A stretch of 64,000 nt of DNA from Octopus vulgaris. Lineage: Eukaryota. The stretch's first letter is position 1; each line of letters begins with the position of its first letter. Positions 57,541 through 64,000 of the stretch are shown piece by piece. The translations under genes were made by a program, and so were the position numbers. The stretch lies in assembly GCA_951406725.2 (NCBI GenBank), contig OX597820.1, forward strand, positions 48,174,001 to 48,238,000, in the 5' to 3' direction. The notes under the pieces are model-generated. The model had not been told where the DNA came from and did not search any database. It saw nothing but the letters and a program-made list of their open reading frames with translations.

Positions 57541-57542
<2 letters not shown>

Positions 57543-57851
57543 GAGGCGCAATGGCCCAGTGGTTAGGGAAGCGGACTCGTGGTTGTAGGATCCCGGTTTC
57601 GATTCCAAGACCGGGCGTTGAGTGTTTATTGAGCGAAAACACCTTAAGCTCCAAGAGGCTTCGGCAGGGTGGTGGTGGTGCTCCCAGATGTACTCTTTCG
57701 CCACAACTTTCTTTCACTCTTTCTTCTGTTGGCCTAGTCGCTTAGCCAGCGGGGTGGCGTCATTTGAAGGCTAAAACAATGCGAAGCGCATTGTGACCAT
57801 CAATGTGTAGCAACATCTGATAGCCTGGTCGGTCACGGTGATCACGGCGAT
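57541..57851 (+). mobile_element. tRNA-derived SINE family C
   Basis: A-box tggcccagtgg and B-box gtttcgattcc, then a ~230-bp non-tRNA body and a short repeated tail (tcacggtgatcacggcga); sits between microsatellites. Confidence 0.8.
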
Positions 57852-58516
57852 ATATACATACACATCTACAGACTTGAACATAATGCATACAAACGCATAC
57901 ATATAAACACATACATATATGTACATACACATATACATACATAAACATACATAACACATACACGTACAACACATACTTATATGTATATGTATATACGCAC
58001 ACTCATATATACGTGTATCTATCTGTATGTGCTATCATTCCTGCACACACAGGTATATGCTACCTAGCATAGTACATACATCCATACATATATACATACA
58101 TACATACATACATACATACATGCAAACATATATACATACATACATACATGCAAACATACGTACATACATGCAAACATACATACATATATACATACATACG
58201 TAGTATATGTATACAAATATAATTGAATGATTCAAGTATGAAAGAGGAATTAGATAAGGATTAGGAGTTAACATGTAGATTTATAATGTTATTGGGATTA
58301 CCTAAGGAGTATTGTGGAAATATACTATATGATCGTTTAGGCATTTGGGTTTGTGGTAGAATTTGAATGTGTGAAAAAAGCTGTTGTTGCGTGTGTTTAG
58401 TGCCTCCTTAAGTATATTTAGCAGTCATGGAGAGTTATGCACTAATATGTGAACACCTCCAGGAAAAGCCTGCAGGTTGAGCGTTGACCTCGGCAGGGAA
58501 GCCCTGAATCCAGTAT

Positions 58517-58611
<95 letters not shown>

Positions 58612-60307
58612 CTTATATTTCTCGTATATCGAAGAATCAATAGTCACAACCTTCAATCATAACTATGTGACCACTACCGTTATCTCTAAATCTCCTGCAA
58701 ATGAACCTCCTCATCTATCACTTCCTATCAATTCCATCCTTTCTCTATACGCCTGGTTATCCAGCTAACCACATCAAACCTATCTCAATCTTCATCCTTC
58801 TCCCACCCGTATAGTATTACTGTTGCACGTGTTTAAATCTATACATATATAGTAACGGGTGTGTTTCTTTTCCATCATGTTCACACCCTGCCTAACAATA
58901 ATTTTCATCACCATGTTAACAATCATCTTCTTCCCAGTAACCTGATCCACCATTTTATCGACACCTGCGTGGAGCTAACTCCTATCCCCGCCACCCAAGT
59001 AACATATCCTTAGGTCTGTATTGACATTTCTATCGTGCATTTCAGTTCAACCATCGATTCACTACTCACACCAATGCCACCATCGCTGTCGTCAGCTTTA
59101 TCGTCCATGGTTATGGTCCTCAACATTACAGATTTAGTACTTTAATAAACTTAGGCTAATGGATTTACGCAAATTTTGGAATAATTTGAAATGAGTACGT
59201 TATGAGAAGGAATATTCTACTCATTGCAGTAGCCTTACCTGCTATCAGTGGAATGGTGGTAGCACACTTTAGTACCGTATTTATGGTGTAATAGACGCAT
59301 GGGCTCACAAGACGGCCACAGATGCAGCAGCGCAAATTCAGATAAATCATTTTTAATGCATCAATGTGTATGAGAAGTCCAACTTCGCATATAAGATCCG
59401 GGAGGATTTTGTTAAGAACATTTGTTTGGAAATAAGTTTATTTTGTATACTATCAAGGAGGGTATTCTCTGTTGTAATGCTTTTTCATGGTAGAAATACG
59501 TTGGGAAGGAAAAGGCTTGCTAAGACTCCAAGAAACATACGTGTAATTGCATATTTTATGTAGTCTTTGGTACTATTTTCGAAACTTACTTCGAAATTAT
59601 TTCTGAACATTTTCGGCTTAGCAATTTCCCAATGAGCTTCAACAGGTCTTTCGAAAGTTCTTTTTTGATGCAGCTTACGCAACATAATGCAAATCTTTTG
59701 AAAATCTCTCATCTTTTAACAATTCCTGAAGTGTGGGCCTAAAAAAGTAATAAAGTACGAACCCTGAACTTGGATATGCGGATCTATATATGAAACTAAA
59801 CACAGTTCCTTGGAGATCAGATTGCATGGAATGTTAGATCAGAAGAGTCTTCATATTTTTGTCATAGTTTTATATGAACCCCTCATTACCTGAAACAAAA
59901 TAATATTCGCAGGAGTATTTGTTCCTGAAACCTTAGTACTCTGCGAGAGAGGTCTCATTGCGGAGAGTAGATTAGGATATTTAATTAAACCGTTTGATTC
60001 TTTTCATAATGAAATTATTCTTTGTTATAAAGACGTGATAATTTTGGTAGAAACATCAATAGTTGTATGATGTTTAGGTTCTTTCCAAATTTACAAAATG
60101 ACAAATAGCGCATAAAGCGAAAGTCTCAAGTGGGATTCTTGTCTTCTACTATGCAGCATAAGTAAAATTCATTGTAACTTTACTGTGACAATAAAGTGAG
60201 ATCATTACATATACAATAGAAGGAAGTGAAATGATGGATCCTTCCATTGCATATCAAAGCATCTACATGACTACAACAGGCGCGTAAAATCAACAAGGAG
60301 TAACATA

Positions 60308-61736
60308 TACTGGCCAAAATAAGTTTAAAACCGTACCAAGATTATGAAAATTAATAAACCAAACGGGTGGTCACTTGGCTGGTCGTACTGCACTGTTTTG
60401 TTTAATAATCGAGCATTGTTACACATTAATTCGCTGTGGGAAAGCGTCGTAGCATCAGTCCAGTTACTAGATCAAACATAATGTTGCTTCATCAGCGAAA
60501 TGTGTCCTTCTCGAACATTAGTAAGCAATTAGGTTGCAGCAAAACGGATTGTGTTCAAGAATGGAGGCTTTACCAAACTACTTTCCAATACAATGTTCGG
60601 AAAAGAACAGGCACTCCAAGAAAAAAAAAACAACACAGATGGATAGGCGAATTCATGGGCTCTCTGAAGGTAACCGAATGCTAACAGCAGTGGACCTTTG
60701 CAAGCAATTATCTGTTGAAACTGACATCAGATTTACACCACAAACTGTCAGAAACCGCCTAAATGAATTTGGACTGTTAGGGCGGATTTCTCAGAAGAAA
60801 CCGATAATTTCTGAGACGAACCGGTGGAAACGGATCAAATTTGTTAAAAGCCATATTGAACGGAGGGCCAAAGACTGGTCAAAAGTTCTTTGGAGCGACG
60901 AATTCCACTTCTGCATCATTGGATCAAACGGAAAGACTTATGTTAGACCCAGTGCAACTGAAGAATTCCATCCTAAGTGTGTCGAGAAAACAGCGAAAGC
61001 GGGAGGTGAGGATAATGGTGTGGGTCGCGTTCAGCAACTTAGGTATTGGTACAGTTGCTAAGGTTGATGGAAGACTGAACAGTGTAGGCTAACTGCAATT
61101 AATAAATGAAAATGTGCTGGTATATTTACATAATCAGAGGTCACCAGGATCTATTTTCCTGTTGGACAATTGCTCCATTCATAAGGCTTGGAAAGTTTTG
61201 CAATATTTTGAGCGCAATAATATGCTGGCTATTGGGTGGTCTCTGCAGAGAACGGATTGGAATCCGATAGAAAATTTCTGGAATTGTTTCTAAAATAATT
61301 CATGCCAAAAAAACCAAACAAATTTGTCCCAATTATATAATTTTATTAAAGAAATACGACAGAACATTCCAAGTGATTTTTATGCTCATTTATCGAACTC
61401 CATGTCCCGCCGCTGTAAGGCCGTAACTGAAAATAATGGCTATGGAACTAGGTACTAATAATAAATTTTTGTTCGTTTATCATTTGTACTGTAACTTTCC
61501 AATTAAAATAATATTGATAAGATCTTAAACTTATTTCGCCGACAATTCTTAATCATTTCAATTAATTACACATTAAAACTCTCCAAATTGTAGAAAGATA
61601 CATAACGTCTATATCATTTGAAAGAGAAAAAAATTCTACTTAAGCAAAAAAGTAAAATAATTTTATAGTTTTGTTAAAAAAAATAAAGGAAGAAATAGAA
61701 CTGTCATCATTGGTCTTAAACTATTTTTGACCAGTG
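60308..61736 (+). mobile_element. Tc1-family DNA transposon, full-length but decayed
   Basis: TA|tactggccaaaataagtttaaaacc ... ggtcttaaactatttttgaccagtg|TA: imperfect ~25-bp TIRs with TA flanks. Confidence 0.9.
60436..61458 (+). pseudogene. Tc1 transposase (DD34E type), frameshifted
   Basis: MGKRR.., HTH ISKQLGCSK, TVRNRLNEFGL, WSKVLWSDE, IMVW..FS, DNCSIHK, NPIENFW, NNGYGTRY*. Confidence 0.9.
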
Positions 61737-61954
61737 TATATTACCTGTTAACACTGTTATATTTACAAGCAGACTCAGCTGGACTGGCCATTCCCCGCGC
61801 ACACACTGTCACCGCGCTTATTCCCGAAAAATTGTAAACATGCTTCAAACTGTAGATTTTTCAACACCCCCAAAACATCCTCCCAGCTTTATCAGCACTT
61901 TTACCGCAAAATTATATTGTATGGTAATTGTATGTATGTATGTATGTATGTATG

Positions 61955-61988
<34 letters not shown>

Positions 61989-63078
61989 TGTATGCATGTA
62001 TGCATGTATGCATGCATGCGTGTATGTATGTATGCATGTATGTATGTATGTATGTATATATGTATGTGTGTATGTATGTATATACTATGCCAGTATTCAG
62101 TCTTATTTCAAGATTTCTTGCTAATATAGAAAGAGCCGGCTTCTGACATAGATCCTAAGCTCTTTCACTGGAATTTCAACAACAGCAACAGTGTGTTTGC
62201 GTATGTATTTACGTATACTTGCAGATTTGTATGTTTTGTTTCATGTATGTCTTCTCACGCATATACTTGCATATCTAGAAATGCTCATCTATACTTAAAT
62301 GATAAACTGCTGGAAGGTTTTACAGATTTTTACAGCTCCAGTGATGGATTAGAGGCGTAATCTTTGAATCAGCTTTCATGTATGTATGTATGTATGTATG
62401 TATGTATGTATGTATGTATGTATGTATGTATTTATGTATGTATGTATGTATGTATGTATGTATGTATGTACGTACGTACGTACGTATGTATTTATGTATC
62501 TAAGTATGTATTTATGTATCTATGTATGCATATGTGTGTATCTGTGTCTGAGTATGTTGGCGTGGAAAAAACAAACATACCTTTGGGTTTGTGTAATACT
62601 TTTTACCTAAGAAATTCCCTTATTTCAGATTTTCATTTAAGGCAAGGATCTCTCTCGGACACTTGTTTGTCGGAATCCTTCCCTCTCATATCCTCTTATT
62701 TTCTCTCGATCTTCCTAACATCTTTTTCTATTACTTGTGCTCAGTATCATGGTATTATTTTTACATCAACAGTAACAGCCTCTTTATGAGAGCATCAGAA
62801 ATTTTTGGCATCATAAGCTACAATGAAACATTTTATTTCAAGCTTCATCCCATCCTGAGGAAAAAGACCACATGAGATCCAGTTTCATAGCAAGAACATA
62901 TTGTAATATACTGGTTTGTATGCGACCTTATCACCGCGTCACGGTACTCATTAGAATAAGTACCAGTGTAAATCAATACTCAGATCGATTTCGTCTTCAT
63001 AACGCTTCGAAGCGATATCAGACATCAAATGATAGAAAAAATTAGAAGAATAAAAAACAAAAATTCATGTACATACGC

Positions 63079-63240
63079 TCAGGCGTGGTTGTGTGGTTGA
63101 GAAGCTTGCGTCCTAAAATGTGGTCTTGGGTTTCAGTCCTACTGCACGAAAAATTCCGCAAGTGTCTTCCACTATGGAGCAAGGCTGACCAAACTTTGTG
63201 AGTAGATTTGGTAGATGGAAACTATGTAGAAACCCGTCGC
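63079..63240 (+). mobile_element. SINE family A, 5' half, followed by an expanded TA/TG tract
   Basis: caggcgtggttgtgtggttgagaagcttgc...gcaagtgtcttccactat...atttggtagatggaaact...aaacccgtcg. Confidence 0.8.
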
Positions 63241-63250
63241 ATATATATAT

Positions 63251-63314
<64 letters not shown>

Positions 63315-63881
63315 TTGTGTGTGTGTATGTGTGTGTGTGTGTGTGTGTTTGTGTGTGCGTGTGGATGTGTGTGTATTTGTGTATATGTGTGTTTGTGCGT
63401 GTGTGTGTGTGTGAGTGTGTGCGTGTATGTATGTGTGCGTTTAACTGTGCATGAATTTTTGTTACCCACCACTGCTCGGTAGCCGTTGTAAGAGTTTCTT
63501 TATTTTTTTTTACGAGTTCATCAGAAATTGATTTTGTCTTAAGCAACAATGAAACTTTTCGTTTCGAGCCTCATCCCAGCATGACGAAAGAACCCACATG
63601 GGACCCAGTTTCATAGCAAGGCTAAAAAAATTACGGATATGAATCTGTGTAATTTTATATCTAATAATGATCCGTGTTGGTGTTGGTTATTGAGAACAAA
63701 GGCTACTGTTACAAGAAGATTCAGATTTGTTCAGTCAGCTGTGCAGTTTGCTCCACAGGGATCCGATAGTGACACAGTTGTAAAGGAAGTGGCATAAGTT
63801 ACCGTGCAAGATGATTGGTCAGTCAGCAAAGTAACGTGGTTAGAGAAAAAAACTAAGATTATAATAGAGCCGAATACTATC

Positions 63882-64000
63882 TTCATCATCATCACCACAA
63901 TCAGCACCACTACCATCATCATCACAACCACCACTATCATCATCATCATCGTCGTCATCATCATCATCATCATCATGACCACCACCACCACCACCACCAC
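63882..64000. repeat. (CAT/CAC)n low-complexity tract
   Basis: Direct reading. Confidence 0.9.

Noticed and set aside
57541-57620. tRNA gene
   Set aside because: A and B boxes are present, but the cloverleaf is imperfect and runs into a SINE body with no oligo-T terminator. The same applies to the other SINE heads.
62790-63625. ~120-bp direct repeat (62790-62893 and ~63510-63620) as an exon or ribozyme
   Set aside because: One minus frame reads GM(R/K)LE(T/I)K.FIVA, resembling the R4 GLK.ETEGFI.A motif, so these are most likely old LINE debris. The motif order does not fit a hammerhead.

Overview
AT-rich eukaryotic non-coding DNA, dense in microsatellites. The mix of tRNA-derived SINEs, (TA)n/(AAT)n/(TATC)n/(TATG)n arrays and R4/Dong, CR1 and Penelope-type repeats points to a cephalopod, probably Octopus (inference). 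No intact host gene and no CRISPR array is visible; most ORFs in the track are microsatellite artefacts. Recognisable elements: (1) a decayed TcMar m44-like DNA transposon at ~1160-3790; (2) a same-orientation stack of R4/Dong-clade elements inside (AAT)n at ~6600-13900, including one near full-length copy, plus a truncated copy at ~48360-49260; (3) a near-intact CR1-type LINE on the minus strand at ~28460-32330; (4) a decayed Tc1 with TIRs at 60308-61736; (5) many SINEs of about four families. Most interesting signals: a set of minimal type-I hammerhead ribozyme motifs, all on the minus strand (one with a fully intact core at 20371-20456 inside a ~760-bp element with inverted ends, four decayed); a G_GGA_AAC -1 slippery heptamer exactly at the CR1 ORF1/ORF2 junction, where ORF2 has no AUG; a branchpoint-polypyrimidine-AG|GTGAGT recursive-splice-like motif at ~38570; several foldback palindromes; and several decayed intronless coding-like segments of unknown origin. 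All alignments and folds were done by eye, so repeat boundaries are approximate.
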